Of a DNA stretch of 64,000 nt, positions 27,395-36,617 are shown piece by piece (positions within the stretch are counted from its first letter, which is position 1; every line of letters begins with the position of its first letter). The notes under the pieces were generated by a model. The model was not told where the DNA came from. It did not search any database and saw nothing but the letters and a program-made list of their open reading frames with translations. Source of the DNA: Dehalococcoidia bacterium (GTDB lineage Bacteria > Chloroflexota > Dehalococcoidia > Bin125); NCBI GenBank assembly GCA_965200625.1, contig OZ241375.1:8234-72233 (forward strand). The letters are read 5' to 3'. The translations under genes were made by a program, and so were the position numbers.

Positions 27395-27795
27395 CCGCTT
27401 TCCCTGAGGGGAGCCCCCCTCAGTCGCTCCGCGACAGCTCCCCCAGAGGGGGGAGCACTGATTCCATCGTTCCTGCGCAAGCAGGAACCCAAGCGGAGTC
27501 GCGTTTCCGCCGGTGTCGCTCGGTCACGTCGTCAATGCGGCGCTCTCGCTGCTTGGGGGGTGATTTCGGCCATCGTATGGGTTCCCGCGTTCGCGGGAAC
27601 GACGGTGGGGGTGGACGCGCGGATGATGGGGTGTTCGCCTCCCCCTTCCGTCGTTCCTGCGCAAGCAGGAACCCAGACGGTGGGAGTGGGCGCGAGGGTG
27701 ATGGGGTGCTCGCCAGCTTCGGGAGCCCCCCTTCAGTCGCTGCGCGACAGCTTCCCCCAGAGGGGGGCAGCGGGGGATTTGGTTAGCTGCTGAGG
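27395..27795. repeat. dense cluster of REP-like hairpin repeats (CCCCTCAGTCGCTCCGCGACAGCTCCCCCAGAGGGGGG; CGTCGTTCCTGCGCAAGCAGGAACCCA x2; TGGGTTCCCGCGTTCGCGGGAACGACGG)
   Basis: Readable inverted repeats shared with 14300-14480, 57975-58215 and other sites. Confidence 0.85.
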
Positions 27796-28310
27796 AGGAT
27801 GCGGCGGCCTTGCTCGTAGGCGTCAAGGGCGCGGGCCTGGAGTTCTTCGGGGCTGGCGCTGCCGATGGGGTGGTTGACGAGGGCGTAGCGGAAGTCGGGC
27901 ATGCCGAGGGTCTTGGCGATCATTCGCCCGGTTGGGTCGAAGGGGTGCGTGCAGAGGACGAGGCCGGGCTTGCCGTACTGCTCGAAGGAGATGCCGTCGT
28001 GCACACTGCACGTGGAGCAGGAGCCTCAATCGCCGACCGCGGTGATCAGGAAATCGACGTCATTGGCGATCCGTTCCAACACCTGCGGCTCGGCGATGCG
28101 GCTGGCGTTGCGCTTGCCGCTGTCGATCACGATGCGGCAGTCCGCCTCGCGCTCGAACACTTCGGCGGTGTAGCGCAGCAGCCGGTCGGCGTTGACCTTG
28201 CCGTTGGAAAACAGGCCGATCCGCAGGCCGTCGAGCGCAGTCAGGCGCGGCGCGGCGCGGAAGCCGGTGGGTGTGGGGTCGCCGGTCGGGTCGAAGAGTT
28301 CCAGGGCCAT
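27783..28310 (-). CDS. candidate UGSC-family selenoprotein (~175 aa) with selenocysteine encoded by an in-frame TGA at 28026-28028
   Basis: ORFs 28026..28310 and 27783..28004 are in the same frame, separated only by TGA. The context ...FLITAVGD-U-GSCSTCS... gives a U-G-S-C / UxxCxxC motif. A hairpin lies 13 nt downstream. Confidence 0.5.
27998..28012 (-). promoter_or_regulatory. candidate minimal bacterial SECIS hairpin (mRNA CGUGCA-GUG-UGCACG) 13 nt 3' of the UGA
   Basis: A perfect 6-bp stem with a GUG loop, read from the sequence. Confidence 0.35.
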
Positions 28311-28334
28311 CAGTTGCTCCGTCTGAGATTCGGG

Positions 28335-29393
28335 TCAGCAGTCGAGGCAGACGCCGATCGCTTTGGTTTGGTAGATCGAGTTGCGCCCGCGGCTCCAGGA
28401 GGGGAGGAAGGCGGAGTGCCCGCCCGCTTCGCCGCCGGCGACGACGAGCAAGATGTCCTCGGGGCGGCGGCCGCGGTGGAACGCGCCGTTGCCGCGTTCG
28501 CCCTCGGCGAGGCCGTCTTGCGGGCGGCCGGCGGGCCATTTGCCCTTGCTCAGCATCTCCTCCGGTGGGCGGTTGGCGTGCTCGAACAGGTACTGCTGGA
28601 CGTCCTGCTTGCGGAAGCCGCTGGAGGCCGCGATCTGGGCGTGCTCGGGCGACATCACGACCAGCGACTGGCCGTCGGTCAGCGCGCCGAGCGAGGCCAT
28701 GGCGTCGGCGAAGGTGTCGAGCAGGCGCTCGGGATCGCTGGTGTAGTGATTTTCGATGTTGTAGAAGCCGGAGGCGGCGAAGACCGTGGCGGTGCTGACC
28801 TCGGGCGGGAAGCCGAGCGATTCGTGCAGCGGTTCCCAGGGGCTGTGGAGGATGTTCTCGGCGATGCAGCAGGCGTACTTGCCCGGCCAGCCCGTGGTCG
28901 AACGGTCGGAGATGCCCGGGATCATCTGGAAGATGTTCATGATGATCAGGCGGAGCGCGCGGCCGATGGTGGCGTTGGCGCGGTTGCCGGGGCCGAAGAC
29001 GTTGACGCTGGCGTTCATGCCGATTTCGTCGCGGATGTCGCCGGAGACGATCACGACCGGGGCGGAGCCGCCGGTGCTGGCGGTGGAGCCGTGGAAGTTG
29101 TAGGCGTCCTCGTTGAGGCCTTCGAGCGCGGCCAGCACGGTGGGGAAGTACTGGGGCAGACAGCCGGCCATGACGGCGTTGACGGCGGCCGACTGGACGC
29201 TGCACTCGCGGCCGGTGGCGGGATGACGGGCGACGATCTCCTCGGGCGGACGGCCCGCGGCGGCGAGGAAGCGTTCGACCCGCTCGCGCGCGGGCGGGAC
29301 GACGGGCAGGCCGTCGGTCCAGCCCTGTTCGTAGCACCAGTCGATGGCGGAGAGTTCGTCGGTCAGCGTGTGGGTCGGGGTGGAGGAGCTCAT
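28335..29393 (-). CDS. conserved hypothetical protein (352 aa), family not recognised
   Basis: ORF track. Good GC3 bias. GSTASTGGSAPVVIVSG and NVFGPGNRANATIGRALRL motifs. 24 nt downstream of the selenoprotein candidate. Confidence 0.55.
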   Translation of the reverse strand: MSSSTPTHTLTDELSAIDWCYEQGWTDGLPVVPPARERVERFLAAAGRPPEEIVARHPATGRECSVQSAAVNAVMAGCLPQYFPTVLAALEGLNEDAYNFHGSTASTGGSAPVVIVSGDIRDEIGMNASVNVFGPGNRANATIGRALRLIIMNIFQMIPGISDRSTTGWPGKYACCIAENILHSPWEPLHESLGFPPEVSTATVFAASGFYNIENHYTSDPERLLDTFADAMASLGALTDGQSLVVMSPEHAQIAASSGFRKQDVQQYLFEHANRPPEEMLSKGKWPAGRPQDGLAEGERGNGAFHRGRRPEDILLVVAGGEAGGHSAFLPSWSRGRNSIYQTKAIGVCLDC

Positions 29394-29573
29394 GCTGCGA
29401 GTCTAGAGGCACGGCGAGGGACGCGGAGGGTCAGGCGGCGGAAGCGGCTCACGAACGCGCGCAGGGATTGGTTCGTCGAACCGAACTGACCATCTAAACT
29501 GGCAGCGGCGGCGCGGCGGGACGGATCCGGACGCGCGGCGAGCGGTTGTCAACGCGGCGGTCAAGGGGCGGCG

Positions 29574-31322
29574 ATGGCGCAGCGCAACGGGTCGGCTCCG
29601 CGCTCTCCGCGCCCTCCGCGCACGGGAGGAGCGCCCGCCGGGGATGACGATCGGCCGCTAGTCGTCGGCCCGTCGCTGGGGCGGATTCCCTACTACTGGG
29701 TCGCGGCGATCGTCGTCTGTTTCGGCACCTTCTGGGGGGTGATCGACAACTCGATCACGAACATCGCCATCCCCACGCTGATGGACGAGTTCGACCGTCC
29801 CTTCGACGACGTGATCTGGGTGCCGCTCTCGTTCATCGTGGTCAGCACCGGGCTGTCGTTGACGATGGGTCGGTTGGGCGATCTCTACGGCCGCAAGATG
29901 CTCTACGTCGTCGGCTTCGCGCTGCTGACGCTCGCCACGCTCCTGTCCGCGATTGCGGGAACGCTGGAAGAGCTCGTCGCCACCCGCGTCCTGCAGGCGG
30001 TCGGCTCGGCGATGACGATGGCGAACGGGGCGGCGATCATCACCGCCGCGTTCCCGCCCTCGAAGCGGGGCACGGGTCTGGGGCTGATCGTCTCGACAGT
30101 CGGCGCGGGAGCGGCCTGCGGGCCGATCATGGGCGGCGTGCTGATCGACATCTTCGACTGGCGCGCGATCTTCTGGACGCGGGTGCCGTTCGGGCTGATC
30201 GGCGCGTTCCTCGCCTCGCGCTTGCTCGTCGATGCGGCGCCGGAGCAGCGCCCCAAAGGGCTGGACATTCCTGGCGCGATCCTGCTGTTCGGGACGCTGA
30301 GCTTCCTCACCTTCGGGATCAACCGCCTGCGCGACCTCGGCCTCAGCTCGCCGTTCGTGGTGACGGCGCTGATCGGCGGCGCGCTCTTCATGCTCGTCTT
30401 CATCGTTGTGGAGCGGCGCTCGCCGTCGCCGGTGGTCGATCTGGAGTTATTCAAGGGACGCGGCTTCAGCTTCGGGATCATGGCGGCGATCCTGCAGTTC
30501 TTCGGGATGAGTTTCTCCTTATATCTGTCGCCGACGATGCTGCAGGACGGGCGCGGCTTCAGCCCGACCGATACCGCGCTGATGATGATGACGATGCCGA
30601 TGATGATGCTGCTCTGGTCGCCGATCTCCGGGCGGCTGTCGGATCGCTTCGGCTCGCGGCCGCTGACGACGGCGGGGATCGTGATGGTGCTGATCTCGCT
30701 GGCGTTGTTATCGCAGGTGAACGCGGAGACGACGCCGGTCGATTTTGCGATGCGGATGCTGCTGCTGGGGCTGGGCTCGGCTACATTCAGCTCGCCCAAC
30801 ACGGCGGTGATCATGTCGGCGGTGCCGCCCCAGCGGTTGGGCACCGCCTCCGCCTCGCAGACGACGGCGCGGACGATCGGCAACGCCTTCGGCGCGTCGG
30901 TGGGCGTGGCGATCATGACGTCGGTCGCGGCCGGCTTCGCGGTCGACCAGGGCGTTGCATCGGAGACCGGCGGCGCGGTGATTGAGGGCTACCGCTCGGC
31001 GCTGCTCGTGGCGGCGCTGGTCGGGATTCCGGCCGTGCTGTTCTCGCTGGTCGGCGGGCAGCGCGGCATCCGCGCCGCGGCCGGCAAGGCGGCGGAGGGG
31101 GTGCAGGTCGTGCGCGAGGCGATTGAGCTGGAGGTCGGGGCGATGGTGCCGCTCTTCCGCGGACAGAAATCGCGGCTGTACAGCGGCACTCCCAACCGTA
31201 ATCACAGCGGCAGCAGCAATGGACTGAGCAGCGGCAACGGCTTGCGCGGCGCGGACAGCGCCTCAGACGCGGCAAGCGCATCGGGCGCGCCGACAAGCTC
31301 GGGGAAGCGGGAGTTGACGTGA
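29574..31322 (+). CDS. MFS transporter, DHA2 (EmrB/QacA-like) 14-TMS family
   Basis: ORF track. Hydrophobic periodicity, with a GRLGDLYGRK-type motif. Confidence 0.85.
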   Translation: MAQRNGSAPRSPRPPRTGGAPAGDDDRPLVVGPSLGRIPYYWVAAIVVCFGTFWGVIDNSITNIAIPTLMDEFDRPFDDVIWVPLSFIVVSTGLSLTMGRLGDLYGRKMLYVVGFALLTLATLLSAIAGTLEELVATRVLQAVGSAMTMANGAAIITAAFPPSKRGTGLGLIVSTVGAGAACGPIMGGVLIDIFDWRAIFWTRVPFGLIGAFLASRLLVDAAPEQRPKGLDIPGAILLFGTLSFLTFGINRLRDLGLSSPFVVTALIGGALFMLVFIVVERRSPSPVVDLELFKGRGFSFGIMAAILQFFGMSFSLYLSPTMLQDGRGFSPTDTALMMMTMPMMMLLWSPISGRLSDRFGSRPLTTAGIVMVLISLALLSQVNAETTPVDFAMRMLLLGLGSATFSSPNTAVIMSAVPPQRLGTASASQTTARTIGNAFGASVGVAIMTSVAAGFAVDQGVASETGGAVIEGYRSALLVAALVGIPAVLFSLVGGQRGIRAAAGKAAEGVQVVREAIELEVGAMVPLFRGQKSRLYSGTPNRNHSGSSNGLSSGNGLRGADSASDAASASGAPTSSGKRELT

Positions 31323-32797
31323 CCCATGTGATCGTGGTTGGAGCGGGGAATGCGGCGCTGTGCGCGGCGCTGTCGGCGCGGGAGCACGGCGCGGAGGTGA
31401 CCGTGCTGGAGAAAGCGCCGGCAGGCGAGCGCGGCGGCAACACCTATTTCACCGGCGGCGGCTTTCGCTTCCCGTACAACGGGATCGGCGACCTCCTGCG
31501 GATCATCCCCGACCTCAGCGAGGCGGAGCAGGCGCGGGTGGACGTGGGCGCGTATCCGACGGCGCAGTTCCGCTCCGACCTGGCGCGGGTGACGGACGGG
31601 CTGGTTGATGACGGGATGGCCTCAGCGCTCGTGCGCGAGGCCGCGCCGACGATGGAGTGGTTGCACGCGCAAGGCGTGCGCTTCGCCCTGATGACCGGCC
31701 GCCAGGCGAACGAGGTCGGCGGCAAGCTGGTCTTCTACGGCGGGCTGACGGTCGAGGCGGTCGGGGCGGGCAAGGGGCTCTCGGATCAGGAGTTCGACGC
31801 GGCGGAGCGGGTCGGCGTCCGCGTCCGCTACGGCTGCAAGGTGGTCGATCTGCTGCGAGAGGGTCGGCGGATTACGGGCGTTGAGCTGTGGACGGATGAC
31901 GCGGTCGAACAGCTGGAGGCGGACGCGGTCGTGCTGGCGGCGGGCGGCTTTGAGGCGAATCCGGAGATGCGCACCTGCTATCTGGGTCCGGGCTGGGACA
32001 TGGCCAAGGTGCGCGGCACGCGGTTCAACACGGGCGACGCGATTCGCGCGGCAATCGACGCCGGCGCGCAGCCGTTCGGCAACTGGTCGGGCGCGCACGC
32101 GGTCGCCTGGGACCTCAACGCCCCGCCGACCGGCAACCGCATCGTCGCTGATCTCTATCAGAAGCACTCCTATCCCTACGGGCTGATCGTCAATCTCGAG
32201 GGCGAGCGCTTCGTGGACGAGGGCGCGGATCTGCGCAACTACACCTACGCGCGTTACGGCCGCGCGATTCTCGCGCAGCCTCAGCGGGCGGCGTTTCAAC
32301 TGTTCGATCAGCGCACGGCGCATCTGCTCCGCGATGAGTATCACGTGCGCCAGGTGACGATGGCGCAGGCGGATACCATCGCCGAACTGGCGGAGGCGCT
32401 CGGCGTCGATGCGCCCGGGCTGGAGCGGACGGTCACGGTGTACAACGCCGCCTGTCCGTCCGACGGCGCGGCGCGGTTCAATCCGTCGGCGCTGGACGGC
32501 GTCGGGACGATGGGGCTGCGGCCGCCGAAGTCGAACTGGGCGCTGCCCTTCGACTCGCCGCCGTATCAGGGCTACGCGGTGACCTGTGGGATCACCTTCA
32601 CCTTCGGCGGCCTGAAGATCGATCCGCGCCGCGGTCAGGTGCTGGACACGGAAGAGCGGCCGATGGCCGGGCTGTACGCCGCCGGCGAGTTGGTCGGCGG
32701 CCTGTTCTACAACAACTACGCAGGCGGTTCGGGACTGATGGCGGGCAGCGTGTTCGGACGGATCGCGGGAAGGAGCGCCGCCGATGCCAGCGTCTGA
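31319..32797 (+). CDS. FAD-binding dehydrogenase (TcuA / fumarate-reductase-flavoprotein-like)
   Basis: VIVVGAGNAALCAALSAREHGAEVTVLEKAP...RGGN is a Rossmann FAD motif very similar to TcuA-type proteins. Confidence 0.75.
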   Translation: MTHVIVVGAGNAALCAALSAREHGAEVTVLEKAPAGERGGNTYFTGGGFRFPYNGIGDLLRIIPDLSEAEQARVDVGAYPTAQFRSDLARVTDGLVDDGMASALVREAAPTMEWLHAQGVRFALMTGRQANEVGGKLVFYGGLTVEAVGAGKGLSDQEFDAAERVGVRVRYGCKVVDLLREGRRITGVELWTDDAVEQLEADAVVLAAGGFEANPEMRTCYLGPGWDMAKVRGTRFNTGDAIRAAIDAGAQPFGNWSGAHAVAWDLNAPPTGNRIVADLYQKHSYPYGLIVNLEGERFVDEGADLRNYTYARYGRAILAQPQRAAFQLFDQRTAHLLRDEYHVRQVTMAQADTIAELAEALGVDAPGLERTVTVYNAACPSDGAARFNPSALDGVGTMGLRPPKSNWALPFDSPPYQGYAVTCGITFTFGGLKIDPRRGQVLDTEERPMAGLYAAGELVGGLFYNNYAGGSGLMAGSVFGRIAGRSAADASV

Positions 32798-33527
32798 GCG
32801 GGGCGAGGCGCTCCTACGCGAGATCCTGGATTCGCCCGCGGTACTGATGACGCCGCAGTTGCGTCGGATTGCGCGGCGAGAGGCTCGCGCGTTGCAGTCG
32901 GCGTCCGGCGAAGATGCGCTGGCGCTCTGCAACTTTCTGATTGAGCACGGCGGCCGCGGCAGAGCACGTCGAGCGGAGCATGGTCCGGCGTATGAGTCGC
33001 GGATGGTGGCGTTCGACCTGGCCTGGATGCACCGCGCGGCGTTTGCGCTGCTGCACTGGCAGGAACTCGAGCGCCTGGGGCGGACGCTGGATGGCTGGGC
33101 GTCGGTCGATCACTTCGCTCGCAAGCTGAGCGGCCCGGCCTGGCAGCAGGGGCAGATCACGGATCGACGGGTGATGGTCTGGGCGGCGTCGGAGGATGAG
33201 TGGTGGCGGCGAGTGGCGCTCGTCTCGACGATTGCGCTCAACGAGCGGCATCGGGGTCGCGGCGACGCGGCGCGCACGCTGGCAGTCTGCGAGCGCTTCG
33301 TCGACGACGGCAACCGATTGCAGCGCAAGGCGCTGAGCTGGGCGCTGCGCGAGCTGACGGTGCGTGATCCGCAGCCGGTGGAGGCGTTTCTGGAGGCTCA
33401 CGCCGATCAGCTGGCGCCGGCGATCGTGCGCGAGGTGCGCAACAAGATCGAGACTGGCCACAAGCTGGGCAAGCAGTCGGAGGCGATGCGCCGGCGGATG
33501 GCGTCACGCCCGCGCGCGCGGGCGTGA
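32784..33527 (+). CDS. DNA alkylation repair protein (AlkC/AlkD-like HEAT-repeat glycosylase family)
   Basis: ORF track. W/R-rich helical repeats typical of PF08713. Confidence 0.6.
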   Translation: MPASERGEALLREILDSPAVLMTPQLRRIARREARALQSASGEDALALCNFLIEHGGRGRARRAEHGPAYESRMVAFDLAWMHRAAFALLHWQELERLGRTLDGWASVDHFARKLSGPAWQQGQITDRRVMVWAASEDEWWRRVALVSTIALNERHRGRGDAARTLAVCERFVDDGNRLQRKALSWALRELTVRDPQPVEAFLEAHADQLAPAIVREVRNKIETGHKLGKQSEAMRRRMASRPRARA

Positions 33528-33565
33528 CGCCTGTCCCCCGACTGACCGGCTGTCCGAGCGGGCGT

Positions 33566-34836
33566 CTAGGGGCCGAGGCCGGCCAGCCCCAGCAGCGCCT
33601 CGTACTGAGTGGGGCTGAGCGAGCCGACCAACGCCTGGATGCGTTCGAGGTCGTAGATCACCGGCTCGATGAGGATCACCGCGCCGCCGATCTCCAGGAA
33701 CGGCTGGCCGGTGACGAGCAGGTAGGGGAGCCCCTGCAGGTGAGCGATCAGCATCCCCTGCAGGTCAGGCTGGTCCCAGACGACCATCGTGATGCGGCCG
33801 CTGAGGATCGGCCCCAGCATCGCCGGCGATCCGCCGAACCCGATCAGCTGGATATCGTCGCGGCCGGCCTGATCGAGGCCGCCGGCGACGGCCAGGGTCG
33901 TGTTGGTGTTCAGCGTGACGATGGCGCCGATGTCGGCGTCGGGCAGCTGCGCCATGGTCGCGCCGAGGTCGTCGGCGACGTTGAGCCGGACCACGTCGCC
34001 GCCTGCGTAGGTCGCTTCGAGGCTGTGGCAGCGCTCTTGCAGGCCGGTGTTCTCCCGCTCGTGGATCAGACACCAGACCGTGCCGCTGGCCCCGTCGGCG
34101 TTCAGCCGCTCGCCGACGAGTTCGCCGCCGCGCGAGTCATCGAGGGCGAGGTGGAGCGCCGCGCCGACGTTCACCCGGTCCGCGGGCTGGGAGTTGTAGG
34201 TCATGATGTGCACGCCGGCCGCCGCGGCCTCGCGCAAGGCGCCGGCGACCGCGTCCGGATCGGCGAGCGTCGCGGAGATCACCGTGGTGCCGTCGGCGGC
34301 GCATTGGCGGATCGCCGCCGCCTGCTCCGCGCCGTCGGGATCGGAGAAGATGCGCACGTTGAGGCGGGCGCTGTAGGCCGCTTCAACAGAAGCGTGATTC
34401 GCAGCCTCCCAGAAGTAGTCGGCCTGCGCGCCGTGATTGATGGTGCAGTGCAGAGGGAAGTCAAACAAGCCTTCGGTGCCGATCCAGGTCGCCGCTGCCG
34501 AGAAAGGCGGGCGGTAGGCGGGCACGCCCACGCTGGAGCTGTACAGGGGCACGCCGGCGTCGGCGTCGGCGGGCACGAAGCGGGCGCTCGGCAGCTGTGT
34601 GGCCTGCCACTGGCCGCGCTGTTGGTACTGGATGCCGACCTCCACGCGGCCGTCGTCCAGTTTCTGGGCGACCACGCGGGCCGGCGCATCGCCGGGGGTG
34701 ACCTCCGCTGTCGCCGTGTTCAGGCCGGGCGTGAACCGCATGATTGCCATCCCCACGGCGATCGCGGCCAGAAGCGCCAGGGCGAACAACAGCAGCTGCC
34801 GCCTGATCCAGTCCAATCCGAACGTGCTGCTTCGCA
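33566..34836 (-). CDS. membrane-anchored protein: N-terminal TM helix, a novel ~40 aa motif (AQKLDDGRVEVGIQYQQRGQW...RFVP), then a periplasmic-binding-protein type-1 (sugar-binding-like) domain
   Basis: Start MRSSTFGLDWIRRQLLLFALALLAAIAVG. PBP1-like ...DIQLIGFGGSPAMLG. The N-terminal motif is shared with 59350.. and 60560... Confidence 0.6.
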
Positions 34837-34988
34837 TCGGCGTCCTCCTCGCTTGCCGTACCGGCCTGTCCGTCTTGACGGCGCACTCGAGGCTCTCGCC
34901 CGCCACTCGGCGCCACTCGGCACCATTCGACGCTAGGAGCGTCGTGAGCGCAGGATAGCTACTGCGCGACGGGTTGGCGGCGCGCCGC

Positions 34989-36551
34989 CTAGACGCAGGT
35001 GGGCCAGCTGGCGAGCTCTTTGGTGTCGCCTCGGCGGGGCGGGCGGACGGGGAAACGCTGGAGCGATTCGAGCAGCCAGCGGCGGGTGTCGGCCGGGTCG
35101 ATGATCTCGTCGAGATTCATGATCCCGGCTGCGCCCCACGGTTCGTGGCCGAGCGTCCATTCGTCAATCAGGCGCTGTCGTTCCGCCTCGGGATTGGCCG
35201 CGTGGGCGATGTCACGGGCGTGGACGACGTTGACGCCGACGCCGGGGTCCATGAACGAGATCTCCGCGCCCGGCCAGGCGGTGATCAGGTCGTTGTTCAT
35301 GCTGTTGCCGGAGAGCGAGAAGTAGGCCAGGCCGAAGGCCTTGCGCAGGACGACGGTGAGGCGCGGCACGGTCATCAGCGCCAGCGCCTCCATGAACATG
35401 ATCGCCTTGTGCAGCAGCCGCGCGTGTTCGGGCTGCGAGCCGACGATGAAGCCGGGCACGTCCTGCAGCCAGACCGTCGGGATGTTGAAGGCCTCGCACA
35501 GACAGACGAACTGCGTGGCCTTGTCGCACGTATTCGGATCGAGCGCGCCGGCGTTGAACATCGGGTTGCTGGCCAGGATCCCGACCGTCTGGCCGCCGAT
35601 GCGGGCCAGCGTCGTGATCAGCGACCGACCGAAGCGCGGCTTGAGCTCGAACAGCTCGCCGTCGTCGACAATGCGCTCCAGCACGCGGTGCATGTCGTAG
35701 GCGCGCTGGCGGCGGGTGGGCACGAGGTTGGCGAGCGTCTGGTCGGGTTCGGCCTGGTCAAAGCCGCTGCGCACGGGCGGCAGCTCCCAACAGTTCTGCG
35801 GCAGATACGAGAGGAACGTCTTGAGCTGGGCGATGGCGTCGTCCTCATCCTCCGCCGCGCGGTCGATCTGCCCGGTCAGATCGAGGTGGATGTCGACGCC
35901 GCCGAGGTCTTGGAGGCTGATCTGCTCGCCCGTGGCGATCTCGATCACGCGCGGCGAGGAGACGTTGAGCGCCGAGCCGCGCACCTGGACGGTGAAGTCG
36001 GAGTAGGCGCTGTGGAAGCTGGAGCCGCCGAACGACTCGCCGACGATTGCGGTCGCCATCGGAATCCGCCGCCGCCGTCGGGCCGACTCGATGCCGGGCG
36101 GAATCTTGCTGAAGCCCTCGGAGCCGAGCGCGTCGGGCAGGCGCGCGCCGCCGGTCTCGCCGAAGTAGACGTAGGGCACGCCCTGCTTGAGCGCCTGCTC
36201 GTAGATGCGTTTCATCCGCTTGCCGCCGACCACGGAGGAGGAGCCGTGCAGCACGGTCACGTCGTCGCCGCAGGCGGTGGCGGCGCGGCCGTCGATCGTC
36301 CCCCAGCCGCCGATCTTGCCGTCGCCCGGTGTGCGATCGCGCACCTCGGGCATTTCAGACATCGCAAACGTGCCGATTTCGCGGAAGCTGCCGGGGTCGA
36401 AGAGCCGGTCGAGCCGTTCGCGGATGGTCAGGCGGCCTTTGGCGTGTTGGCGGGCGATGCGCTCGGGCGAGCCCATCTCGGCGACGATCTTCTGCCGCCG
36501 CATGAGCAGGTCCGCGCGAATCTGCTGGGGCGTGGGCGGGGTGACGGCCAT
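34989..36551 (-). CDS. acyl-CoA carboxylase carboxyltransferase (beta) subunit (propionyl-CoA carboxylase family)
   Basis: ORF track, with canonical PccB-type sequence throughout. Confidence 0.9.
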   Translation of the reverse strand: MAVTPPTPQQIRADLLMRRQKIVAEMGSPERIARQHAKGRLTIRERLDRLFDPGSFREIGTFAMSEMPEVRDRTPGDGKIGGWGTIDGRAATACGDDVTVLHGSSSVVGGKRMKRIYEQALKQGVPYVYFGETGGARLPDALGSEGFSKIPPGIESARRRRRIPMATAIVGESFGGSSFHSAYSDFTVQVRGSALNVSSPRVIEIATGEQISLQDLGGVDIHLDLTGQIDRAAEDEDDAIAQLKTFLSYLPQNCWELPPVRSGFDQAEPDQTLANLVPTRRQRAYDMHRVLERIVDDGELFELKPRFGRSLITTLARIGGQTVGILASNPMFNAGALDPNTCDKATQFVCLCEAFNIPTVWLQDVPGFIVGSQPEHARLLHKAIMFMEALALMTVPRLTVVLRKAFGLAYFSLSGNSMNNDLITAWPGAEISFMDPGVGVNVVHARDIAHAANPEAERQRLIDEWTLGHEPWGAAGIMNLDEIIDPADTRRWLLESLQRFPVRPPRRGDTKELASWPTCV

Positions 36552-36617
36552 GTGCTGCTCCTGCGGCGATTGATGGTCAGCGGTGGGGATTCGCTCCGAC
36601 GATAGCGGCTGACGCAG

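Noticed and set aside
28026-28028. In-frame TGA in the small ORF treated as a simple nonsense mutation, like the other disruptions
   Set aside because: Not fully rejected, but selenocysteine is favoured because the codon sits in a UGSC / UxxCxxC redox motif and is followed at the expected distance by a perfect hairpin. The other in-frame stops (TAG 19758, TGA 43262, TAA 47733) lack both features.
27810-29489. 559-aa plus ORF and 28060..29412 minus (450 aa, Arg-rich)
   Set aside because: Shadows of the 352-aa conserved gene and the selenoprotein candidate.
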